A DNA stretch of 64,000 nucleotides from Nanobdellota archaeon (GTDB lineage: Archaea > Nanobdellota > Nanobdellia > Pacearchaeales > GW2011-AR1). The DNA is taken from NCBI GenBank assembly GCA_038044745.1, contig JBBSZK010000007.1, positions 45,521 through 109,520 of the forward strand, given 5' to 3'. Positions 44,903 to 52,280 of the stretch are shown here, in pieces; the first letter of the stretch is position 1; every line of letters starts with the position of its first letter. The translations under genes and the position numbers were made by a program. The notes beneath the pieces are model-generated. The model worked only from the letters and a program-made list of their open reading frames with translations. It was not told the origin of the DNA and did not search any database.

Positions 44903-44921
44903 AATCCTGTCGGGGTCGTAC
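44903..44921. repeat. distal 19-nt direct repeat of the tRNA-Arg(UCU) 3' end
   Basis: Exact copy 85 nt downstream of the proximal copy. The 66-nt spacer carries GATTTGAAC (reverse complement of the tRNA T loop) and two hairpins. Confidence 0.65.
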
Positions 44922-44929
44922 ATCATATC

Positions 44930-45334
44930 ATGAAACTGCTCTTTATATGCAAACACAATAGATTTAGAAGTAAAGTTGCGGAAGCTCTTTTTAATAAGTA
45001 CTCGCTCGGACAACATCAAGCGAAAAGTGCCGGTATTAAACTTGATGCGTTTTTTCCCTATGTTGCTGCTTCAGTAAAGAACGTTTTGCGAGAATACGGC
45101 ATAATTGATGTTGCCGATGCGCCCGCACTTGTTTCTCGAAATCTTATTTCTTGGGCTGAAAGAGTGATTGTAGTTGCAGATAACGTTGATATCTCTGTTT
45201 TTCCTCGCGATAAAACTCAACGGTGGTCTATTACTGATTGTAGTCAGGATGATGTCTCGGCGATTAAACTTCGTGTCCGAGACATTGACGGCCGTGTTCG
45301 CGACTTGTTAAAAGGGATTACAAAACGTCGCTAA
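44930..45334 (+). CDS. low-molecular-weight protein-tyrosine phosphatase / ArsC-like
   Basis: N-terminal P-loop LFICKHNRFRS (C-x5-R-S). 134 aa. Confidence 0.8.
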   Translation: MKLLFICKHNRFRSKVAEALFNKYSLGQHQAKSAGIKLDAFFPYVAASVKNVLREYGIIDVADAPALVSRNLISWAERVIVVADNVDISVFPRDKTQRWSITDCSQDDVSAIKLRVRDIDGRVRDLLKGITKRR

Positions 45335-45608
45335 ACGTTTGACAGAACTGTTTTTTTGCTTCGTCAAACGCTCTCTTTCCATCGAGAGTTATCTCGTATA
45401 CAATATTTCGCCCGTCTTTTTTTTCTTTAATGAATCCTTGTTTGTGTAAATGTTTGAGTGCAGGATAAATCGTGCCAGGACTCGGCTTGCATCCCTTTCT
45501 TCTTTCTATTTCGATGGCTATTTCTTGGCCGTGCATGGGCTTTTTTGTTACCATAAATAGTATGAGGAATGAAAGTAGCCCTCGCATGTCACAACATGAT
45601 TTCTTCAT
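45318..45608 (-). CDS. PadR family transcriptional regulator
   Basis: LILFMVTKKPMHGQEIAIEIERR...SPGTIYPALKHLHKQGFI...YEITLDGKRAF. Confidence 0.85.
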   Translation of the reverse strand: MKKSCCDMRGLLSFLILFMVTKKPMHGQEIAIEIERRKGCKPSPGTIYPALKHLHKQGFIKEKKDGRNIVYEITLDGKRAFDEAKKQFCQTFSDVL

Positions 45609-45749
45609 TTTTTTAGAAGGCGAGGGGATTATTTAATAGTGTCGCTTATACGATATATCGGGTGACCGATATATTTAAATAGACCCGTGACCAAATATCG
45701 TATGTCCGATACTTTGTATACGCGGAAGATGAAAGGAGGTGTTTGTGTT

Positions 45750-45920
45750 ATGGAAATGTCTTGTTCTAGCGGCGGTTGCTGCTCTTCAGGTCGCGGGTTT
45801 TTGACGCGTGCTGAGAAAGTGGAATTGCTTCAAGATTATAAGAAACAACTCGATGGCGAGTCACTTGGCGTTGCAGAACGTATCAAAGAGCTTCAACGAT
45901 CTTCCGAGGAAGGAAATTAA
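45750..45920 (+). CDS. small Cys-rich coiled-coil protein (DUF5320-like), divergent from padR
   Basis: MEMSCSSGGCCSSGRGFLTRAEKVELLQDYKKQLDGE... An SD-like GGAGGTG lies 9 nt upstream of the ATG at 45750. Confidence 0.5.
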   Translation: MEMSCSSGGCCSSGRGFLTRAEKVELLQDYKKQLDGESLGVAERIKELQRSSEEGN

Positions 45921-46040
45921 TCTGATTTTCTTCTTTTTATTTTTCTTTATAGTTTCTTTAAAAACTGCTTGGCTTTCGCTTATATATATGCGGGTGAAAA
46001 AAGCAAAGCTTTTAGTATCCTCGCATTCACTTTTGTTTAT

Positions 46041-46114
46041 GCGCGGATGGCGAAGCGGTTAACGCGCTCGGCTGCAGCCCGAGTATCTCCCCGGTTCGAA
46101 TCCGGGTCCGCGCT
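46041..46114 (+). tRNA. tRNA-Cys (anticodon GCA)
   Basis: Acceptor GCGCGGA/TCCGCGC, anticodon arm CTCGG-CTGCAGC-CCGAG, T arm CCCGG-TTCGAAT-CCGGG. Confidence 0.85.
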
Positions 46115-46115
46115 T

Positions 46116-46355
46116 ATGGTTAAGCTCGGCATTTATCGCCATTACAAGGGGAATAGGTATCGTGTTCTTGGTGTAGGGAAGCATAGTGAGACACACGAGG
46201 AACTAGTTATTTACCAAGCGCTCTACGAAAATCACCATGGAATGGGTTCTCTATGGGTGCGACCTCTTGCGATGTTTATAGAAGAAGTTGAGCTTGAGGG
46301 TATAAAACAACCCCGATTTCGTTTTGTTGAAGCTGAAAAAGATATGGTTAAATAG
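46116..46355 (+). CDS. DUF1653 domain protein
   Basis: [31 protein letters not shown]...LWVRPLAMF. Trimmed to the ATG at 46116 because the tracked N-terminus overlaps tRNA-Cys. Confidence 0.65.
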   Translation: MVKLGIYRHYKGNRYRVLGVGKHSETHEELVIYQALYENHHGMGSLWVRPLAMFIEEVELEGIKQPRFRFVEAEKDMVK

Positions 46356-46375
46356 TCAAAATTTCTCTCTTAGAG

Positions 46376-47869
46376 ATGGTTGAGAAGAAGGCCCTTATGT
46401 TGTCTATAGATGAGCTTGCGGCTTTTTGTAAGCGAAAGGGGTTTGTGTATCCGTCAGGGGAGATTTATGGCGGGCTCGCAGGGTTTTGGGATTATGGGCA
46501 TTTAGGTGTTGAACTCGTTTCCAATCTTAAACGTGCGTGGTGGCAGTATCACGTGCATGCGCGTAACGATGTTGCAGGCATCGATGGAGCCATAATCACA
46601 AATCCTCGGGTTTGGGAGGCTTCGGGACACGTAACTAATTTTGTTGACGTCGCCGTCGTTTGTAAGAAATGTGGTTATAAAACTAAGGTGGATAAACACG
46701 AATTGAAGAGCGCGAAATGCGATAAGTGTGCGGGGGCGTATGAAAATCTTGGAGAATTTAACCCCATGTTTACTACTCAGGTAGGCCCGGTCAAGAAAGA
46801 TGCGCAGGCTGCTTACCTGCGTCCGGAGACGGCACAATCTATCTTTGCTAATTTTAAGCTTGTGTATGAACAAGCGCGGTTGAAGTTGCCCTGTGGAATC
46901 GCCCAAATTGGAAAGGCTTTTCGGAATGAAATTGCGCCTCGGGAATTTCTCTTTAGGTCGAGAGAATTTGAGCAAATGGAGCTTGAGTATTTTATAGCCC
47001 CCCACATGTCTTGTCCTTTTATGGGTGAAGTAAAAGATGTTGAACTTGCTTTGTATACGCAAGAGATGCAGGCGAAGGAGCAAAAGGCGAAGGTTCTGAA
47101 CCTTTTTGATGCGTGGAAGAAGGGCGTTATTAAAAGTGACTGGCACGCTTATTGGCTTGCGCAAGAGTTATTGTGGTTCGTATCGCTTGGCGCTCGTGTT
47201 GAGAAATTTAGAGCACGGCAGCATACTTCTGATGAAAAGAGCCACTATGCCCTCGATACATGGGACTTGGAATATGAATTTCCCATGGGCTGGAGAGAAC
47301 TTGCAGGCCTTGCCAATCGAGGTTCATATGATTTGACCGAACATCAAAAGGCTAGTAAAGAAAGTATGGCGGTTATTGTTGACGAGGCCAACGGAACGAA
47401 AGTTGTTCCTGAAGTGGTGTGTGAGCCTTCTCTGGGTGTTGGGCGCGCTTTTATCGTTTTCTTGTTGGAATCTTATGAACATAATCCTCAACGGGATAAT
47501 GTTGTGTTACATTTACATCCGAGACTTGCACCCTATAAGGCTGCCGTTTTTCCCATTGTCAAGGGCGAGGAATACGAATCTCTTTCGCGTGAGCTTGTTA
47601 CATCTCTTCGAGCGGAGTGGAATGTGCTTTATGACAAGAGCGGTTCGATTGGGCGACGTTATTCTCGCAATGACGAAATTGGAACGCCGTACTGCATCAC
47701 TATCGATGAGTCGAGTGTAAAAAAGAAGACCGTTACTGTGCGTGATAGAGATACAACGAAGCAGATTGTTGTTAAAATTGATGCGCTCAAGAATGTTCTT
47801 CGGAGCCTTATTAACGGAGAGCTTGTTTTTGAGAAAGCGGGAAAGCTGGTTGAGACACGCATCAAATAA
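46376..47869 (+). CDS. glyS: glycyl-tRNA synthetase (archaeal/eukaryotic alpha2 type)
   Basis: KRKGFVYPSGEIYGGLAGFWDYGHLG, class II motifs (FRNEIAPR, FEQMELEYF) and a C-terminal anticodon-binding domain. Confidence 0.9.
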   Translation: MVEKKALMLSIDELAAFCKRKGFVYPSGEIYGGLAGFWDYGHLGVELVSNLKRAWWQYHVHARNDVAGIDGAIITNPRVWEASGHVTNFVDVAVVCKKCGYKTKVDKHELKSAKCDKCAGAYENLGEFNPMFTTQVGPVKKDAQAAYLRPETAQSIFANFKLVYEQARLKLPCGIAQIGKAFRNEIAPREFLFRSREFEQMELEYFIAPHMSCPFMGEVKDVELALYTQEMQAKEQKAKVLNLFDAWKKGVIKSDWHAYWLAQELLWFVSLGARVEKFRARQHTSDEKSHYALDTWDLEYEFPMGWRELAGLANRGSYDLTEHQKASKESMAVIVDEANGTKVVPEVVCEPSLGVGRAFIVFLLESYEHNPQRDNVVLHLHPRLAPYKAAVFPIVKGEEYESLSRELVTSLRAEWNVLYDKSGSIGRRYSRNDEIGTPYCITIDESSVKKKTVTVRDRDTTKQIVVKIDALKNVLRSLINGELVFEKAGKLVETRIK

Positions 47870-48236
47870 TCTTGGCGCATTTCTCACAGATTCCCGATAT
47901 GTCGAGTTGGAAATGGCATATCTTCCCCTTTATTTTTTCTTTGATAAAATCTATTTTTTCTAAGCTGATGTGTTCCAACTTTCCGCATTTCTCACAGATA
48001 AAATGACAATGGCTTGTTTGCTTCTTTGAGTAGATAATCTTTCTTGCGCAGATATAAGAATGAAGCTGCCCCTTTGTTCGCAATTCTTTCAGAAAACGAT
48101 AAACGGTGGCTATCCCTAGCTTATTTTCTTTATCTGCTGTTTTTTTATAAAGCTCTTCTGCAGTAAAAATGGCATTTATCTTTCCTAATTCTCTTTTTAA
48201 TACCTCTTTTTGGCGTGTTTCTCTGGTCGGTTTCAT
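47862..48236 (-). CDS. Fur family metal-responsive regulator (Zur/Fur-like)
   Basis: wHTH (LGIATVYRFLKELRTKGQL) plus HCHFICEKCG and C-terminal CxxC metal sites. I prefer the ATG at 48236 over the tracked TTG at 48260. Confidence 0.8.
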   Translation of the reverse strand: MKPTRETRQKEVLKRELGKINAIFTAEELYKKTADKENKLGIATVYRFLKELRTKGQLHSYICARKIIYSKKQTSHCHFICEKCGKLEHISLEKIDFIKEKIKGKICHFQLDISGICEKCAKII

Positions 48237-48240
48237 TTTC

Positions 48241-48263
48241 TTATTGATAAAAAGAATCAATAA
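48241..48263. promoter_or_regulatory. Fur-box-like palindrome TTATTGAT-n7-ATCAATAA in the fur / ZIP divergent promoter
   Basis: Perfect 8-bp inverted repeat between the fur start (48236) and the ZIP transporter start (48294), next to the TATA ggtatttaaatt. Confidence 0.5.
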
Positions 48264-48293
48264 GGTATTTAAATTGTCTTTTTATCTAATGTT

Positions 48294-49037
48294 ATGTTTG
48301 GGGCATTTAGCTACGCTTTAGTGAGTGTGTTGCTTGTTAGTGCTGTTTCTTTGATTGGGCTTGCTACTCTCGGTTTTAGAATTGAGCGGCTCAAGAAAGT
48401 TATTTTACTTTTAGTCAGTTTTGCGGCGGGTGCACTTCTGGGAGATGTGTTTTTACATCTTATTCCTGAACTTGTTGAAGACGGGTTTTTGCTTTCTTAT
48501 TCTTTTATCATTCTTGGGGGCATTGGATTTTCTTTTGTTGTTGAGAAGTTTATTCATTGGAGGCATTGCCATTTGCCCACTACTCGAGAGCATACGCATC
48601 CTGTGGCAACAATGAATCTAGTGGGAGATGGGGTGCACAATTTTATCGACGGTATCATTATCGGCGCGAGTTATTTGGTTAGCGTTCCTGCGGGGATTGC
48701 AACGACGCTTGCGGTTTTTCTTCATGAAATTCCTCAAGAGATAGGTGATTTTGGTGTTCTGTTGCATGCAGGATATACGCGAAAAAAGGCACTCCTCATG
48801 AACTTTTTACTTGCCCTTACTTCATTTTTAGGGGCTTTTCTTGTTTTTGCTTTAGGTTCGATAGAGGGATTTGTTCCGTTTTTGGTTGCATTTGCTATAG
48901 GCAACTTTATTTACATCGCGGGGAGTGATTTAATTCCAGAGTTACATAAAGAAGTTGGATTGAAATCAGCATTTTATCAACTTCTTTCATTGGCAATTGG
49001 TGTGCTTGTTATGGCTTCGCTTCTGCTTTTGGAATAG
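48294..49037 (+). CDS. ZIP family divalent metal (zinc) transporter
   Basis: Polytopic membrane protein with the HEIPQEIGDFGVLL signature and a His-rich loop (HWRHCHLPTTREHTH). Confidence 0.85.
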   Translation: MFGAFSYALVSVLLVSAVSLIGLATLGFRIERLKKVILLLVSFAAGALLGDVFLHLIPELVEDGFLLSYSFIILGGIGFSFVVEKFIHWRHCHLPTTREHTHPVATMNLVGDGVHNFIDGIIIGASYLVSVPAGIATTLAVFLHEIPQEIGDFGVLLHAGYTRKKALLMNFLLALTSFLGAFLVFALGSIEGFVPFLVAFAIGNFIYIAGSDLIPELHKEVGLKSAFYQLLSLAIGVLVMASLLLLE

Positions 49038-49071
49038 CAATTCATAAATAGTCTTTCTCTATTTTGTCGGT

Positions 49072-49419
49072 ATGACTGATTGTGTTTTTTGTAAGATTAT
49101 CCGGAGAGATATAAAAAATGACTTCATTGCTTCAAGCAATTCTTTTATCGCGATACGAGATATTCATCCAAAGTCGGAAGGACATACGTTGATTATCCCC
49201 AAGGAACATTATGTTACTCTGTTGGATATTCCCGATCGTCTTGGAGAAGAATTGCTTGCGTTTATCAAAAAGGTATCGGGGTCGCTACTTGATGAAAAGT
49301 ATGGCCGTGGGTTTAATGTAATCATGAATAATCTTTCTTGCGCTGGGCAAGTTGTGATGCATGCCCATATACATCTCGTGCCACGTAACGATGGCGATGG
49401 GCTCGCCTCTTTAGCGTAA
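49072..49419 (+). CDS. HIT family hydrolase
   Basis: CVFCKII..., GHTLIIPKEH, and an intact triad HAHIHLVPR. Confidence 0.85.
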   Translation: MTDCVFCKIIRRDIKNDFIASSNSFIAIRDIHPKSEGHTLIIPKEHYVTLLDIPDRLGEELLAFIKKVSGSLLDEKYGRGFNVIMNNLSCAGQVVMHAHIHLVPRNDGDGLASLA

Positions 49420-49848
49420 TGAACTGCTACTTTCTTGGGCAGTAATGTAGCTCACAAGGGATGTCAACGCACCTTTGTATTTAGCTATATTCTCTGAGTT
49501 TGATTGGGGCAATCTTTCGATTCCATCTGCAAATTCGAGTAATGCGTATGGGAAGGTTGCTCCGTGGGGGATGTCATTAAGTTTTTCTAACATTTCTATT
49601 AATCCGCCCAAGTAGGTTGTATCTCTTATTGATCTTCTATTCCCTTCTATCCCCACTCTTTGTCGAAGGTGTTCCGCTAATTTTCCCAGATATTCTAATT
49701 CTCCGTTTGGAGTTTCTCCTTTCATCAGTTTATCACACGCATTGATGACTTGTCCAGCCGCGGTTCTTAAGTGGTCTTCTACTTCTCTTCGAGCGAAGTA
49801 GCGTCGGCTACTATCGGGCGGTTCTTCGGCTCGTGACGAATCTGGCAT
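49411..49848 (-). CDS. hypothetical protein
   Basis: 145-aa ORF, probably helical. No motif recognised. Confidence 0.45.
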   Translation of the reverse strand: MPDSSRAEEPPDSSRRYFARREVEDHLRTAAGQVINACDKLMKGETPNGELEYLGKLAEHLRQRVGIEGNRRSIRDTTYLGGLIEMLEKLNDIPHGATFPYALLEFADGIERLPQSNSENIAKYKGALTSLVSYITAQESSSSLR

Positions 49849-49894
49849 TATTGAAACGAGAAGAGCTAGTTTTTATTTTTTACTAATCTTAATA

Positions 49895-50049
49895 TGGCTC
49901 TGGGGAGAGTTGAACTCCCGACTTCGGCCTTGCTCAATCGACAACTCTTTCGAGTTGTCGACACGCGCAGAACGTTTGTTCTGCGGTGGCTCCTTTTCTT
50001 GCGAATCGGAGCTTATGAGAGCCGCACTCTACCGCTGAGTTACAGAGCC
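49895..50049 (-). tRNA. tRNA-Met/CAU-anticodon tRNA (elongator-type G1:C72) with an 83-nt intron at 37/38
   Basis: 5' exon 50049-50014, intron 50013-49931, 3' exon 49930-49895. Anticodon arm CGGCT-CTCATA[intron]A-GGCCG. T arm GGGAG-TTCAACT-CTCCC. The intron end TGAG pairs with the loop CTCA (BHB-like). The intron contains three strong hairpins. Confidence 0.7.
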
Positions 50050-50092
50050 GAACTGGGAAACGGGAGAGTGTTTTTAAGACTTTAGGATGCGC

Positions 50093-50335
50093 CTATTCAG
50101 AATATGCTTCTACGGGGAGAGTCTTCTTTTTGCCTGCTTCTGCCGTGGTTTTGATTCTTTGCATTTTGACAAGCCGAGAGATATATCCTGCTATTTTATT
50201 ACGCATTTTCTTACTGGGCATAATTCCTTGCCCGAGCATTTTTTTGTTGCGATCGAATCCTTCTTCGAAGGGCATGTTTTCGCGCAACAGCTGTTTTGAG
50301 GTTCTCTTAACCAACATGGATTTTATTCTTCCCAT
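50093..50335 (-). CDS. rps17e: 30S ribosomal protein S17e (eS17)
   Basis: MGRIKSMLVKRTSKQLL...FDRNKKML...SKKMRNKIAGYISRL. Confidence 0.85.
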   Translation of the reverse strand: MGRIKSMLVKRTSKQLLRENMPFEEGFDRNKKMLGQGIMPSKKMRNKIAGYISRLVKMQRIKTTAEAGKKKTLPVEAYSE

Positions 50336-50430
50336 GGTTGTTCTTTGGGAAATGGCTTTTTAAAAGTTCCTTTTTACTTTTGACGACCTCTAGGTCGTGA
50401 AAATGGGCGGTTTTAGAGGTTAATTTTGGC

Positions 50431-51363
50431 TTACGGCTTTAGTTTTTCAAGTTTAAGCAGGTTTTTCCACTGGTCTAGGTAGGGTTTGGCTGTTTTGTCA
50501 AGTTCCCCTGGTGTTAATATAAGCGCCGGCATTTTTTCAGATTGGGCTTTGTGCAGCGCAATTGCGAGGTCGTCTTCCGTGAGCTTCTTTTTTTCTTTGG
50601 CAAGGAGGAGATACTCCTGTTTTCCGAGCAGCGTGTCTATTCTCACTCGTGCGTTATACTCTTTTGCTTTTGTCGGGAGGTCTTCTAACACTTCGATTTC
50701 TTTTGCTGCAAGATATTCTTTTACGTTTCTTGTAAATGCACTTGGTTCTTTTGCTTTCTTTATCGCTTTTTCTTTTTTCTCTACCTTCCTTGGTTGCATT
50801 TGCTCTTTTTCTTCTTCACGTCTTTCTTCTTTTATTGCTTGGACGGTTTGTACTGTCTGCGGTGTTTCTTCAACGTTTTTTCTTGGGTCTGTGTGCTGTT
50901 TTGGTGTAACGATTGGTTCAATTATCTCTTTTGCGCGTTCATCGCTTGTTGTGAAAAACTTCCAAAATAGTTTTTCTGTACCGCTTTCATGTACGGTGAT
51001 CGGTATTGCAAAATCCTTTAGTTTGCGTAGCGCCACCCTTATTGCAGGATCCTGTGTTTCGTCGTCAAGAATGAGAGAGTCCTTTAATCGAGATACCGCT
51101 TCTCGTTCTTTATGGTTGAGATATTGCGTGAAATTTTCTAACTGTGCTTCTTGGCCTGGCAAAAAATAGAGTGGCGACGAGCCCACTTTCATAGCGCTCA
51201 TCATCACCTTTTTTTCGGCAAGCATCTCTGAAAGCAAAGCACCAATAAAAAGGGGGCTAATCCCTGCTTCTCGCGAAATACGTGTTGGGAAGCTGGGACC
51301 CACAGTTTTAATGACGTTTAGTATCTTCTCTTTTGTAGCATTGACTTTTTGTACGTCAATCAT
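50431..51363 (-). CDS. hypothetical protein with N-terminal winged-helix-like domain and Lys/Glu-rich linker
   Basis: 310 aa. The N-terminus ILNVIKTVGPSFPTRISREAGISPLFIGALLSEM is wH-like. No family recognised. Confidence 0.5.
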   Translation of the reverse strand: MIDVQKVNATKEKILNVIKTVGPSFPTRISREAGISPLFIGALLSEMLAEKKVMMSAMKVGSSPLYFLPGQEAQLENFTQYLNHKEREAVSRLKDSLILDDETQDPAIRVALRKLKDFAIPITVHESGTEKLFWKFFTTSDERAKEIIEPIVTPKQHTDPRKNVEETPQTVQTVQAIKEERREEEKEQMQPRKVEKKEKAIKKAKEPSAFTRNVKEYLAAKEIEVLEDLPTKAKEYNARVRIDTLLGKQEYLLLAKEKKKLTEDDLAIALHKAQSEKMPALILTPGELDKTAKPYLDQWKNLLKLEKLKP

Positions 51364-51403
51364 CGCTTATAGGCGTGGTTTAGTCGATATAAAGATTATG
51401 TTA

Positions 51404-51913
51404 CTAGGGCCGCATCCAGTTTACTTGATAGTAGGTAACGTCATCCGCATCATCCACAATAGCCAACATAAGCTTTTTATTTGTCGAGGTGGCGATACGA
51501 CTTTTTGCTGCAAAATCATACCAAGTGAACGGTTCGTTCTCTTTCACAGGCATGAGAAGCCATGCGGCATGGTCTTGGCCGGGCTTGATTCCTTTATCAT
51601 AGACACGAAATTCGGCTCCGAATTTTAGCGCTGTTTTGACAATGTACCCTTTTTTACGCAGGTCACGCAACACCGCGAGCTTTACTTCTGCTCGTTTATC
51701 ACTTCTCTTTGCTTTTTTTAGCAAGAGGGACTCAGAAATCGACTTTGTTCCACTTCGTACCTGCATTTTTTTGAGAGCCACAAGCGCAAGTGCTTCTAGC
51801 ATCGTGTACTCGATATGACTCTGTTTTCTCTCACCCCATCGTGCTTTTTCATATAATGAGAACGCCTCGTGCGAACTTGAGGTAATCTTGTTTCCTGTTA
51901 CTAATGCTTCCAT
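51404..51913 (-). CDS. endA: tRNA-splicing endonuclease EndA
   Basis: C-terminal catalytic domain: DLRKKGYIVKTALKFGAEFRVYDKG...HAAWLLMPV. 169 aa. Confidence 0.8.
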   Translation of the reverse strand: MEALVTGNKITSSSHEAFSLYEKARWGERKQSHIEYTMLEALALVALKKMQVRSGTKSISESLLLKKAKRSDKRAEVKLAVLRDLRKKGYIVKTALKFGAEFRVYDKGIKPGQDHAAWLLMPVKENEPFTWYDFAAKSRIATSTNKKLMLAIVDDADDVTYYQVNWMRP

Positions 51914-51938
51914 TCTTTTCTTTAGGAAAGAGGTTTAT

Positions 51939-52211
51939 TTAAGGGTTAAGGTCTTCAAGTGAGAGTACGCTGAGGCCATATTCTTTCACATCATCTCCCG
52001 ACCAATACGGCATTTGTTTGGTATTCAGAACGAAGGTTATCTTTTTATGCAAGACGCGGCCCGTATACTGTTTTGCTTGGGGGGACCATTCGCGCAGAAG
52101 CAGCGTGTCTCCTTCTTTATATTCTGCGTCTTGTAGTCGTACATCAAATTTTTTCTTCCCTGATAGAACGGATTCAAACATATTCGGCCAGGTCTTCTTC
52201 TCATGTATCAT
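51939..52211 (-). CDS. ASCH-like DUF3850 domain protein
   Basis: HEKKTWPNMFESVLSGKKKFDVRLQDAEYKEGDTLLLRE. Confidence 0.65.
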   Translation of the reverse strand: MIHEKKTWPNMFESVLSGKKKFDVRLQDAEYKEGDTLLLREWSPQAKQYTGRVLHKKITFVLNTKQMPYWSGDDVKEYGLSVLSLEDLNP

Positions 52212-52280
52212 CTTTTTTAAAGGAGCGATTCTATATAGCTCTATCGCAAGCTTTAAATCGATGGCATTCGGCGTTCTTAT

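Noticed and set aside
46502-47164. 220-aa minus-strand ORF inside glyS
   Set aside because: It is antisense to a confidently identified GlyRS, and no motifs are present.
49894-50085. ORF overlapping tRNA-Met, together with the analogous ORFs or N-terminal extensions at 7051..7251, 11445..11510 and 45969..46115
   Set aside because: They overlap well-folded tRNA genes. I trimmed or discarded them in favour of the tRNAs.
50486-51169. 227-aa plus-strand ORF opposite 50431..51363
   Set aside because: It has Ser/Phe-rich low-complexity composition, the mirror of the Lys/Glu-rich sense protein. The minus-strand ORF has a credible wH-like N-terminus and better genomic context.
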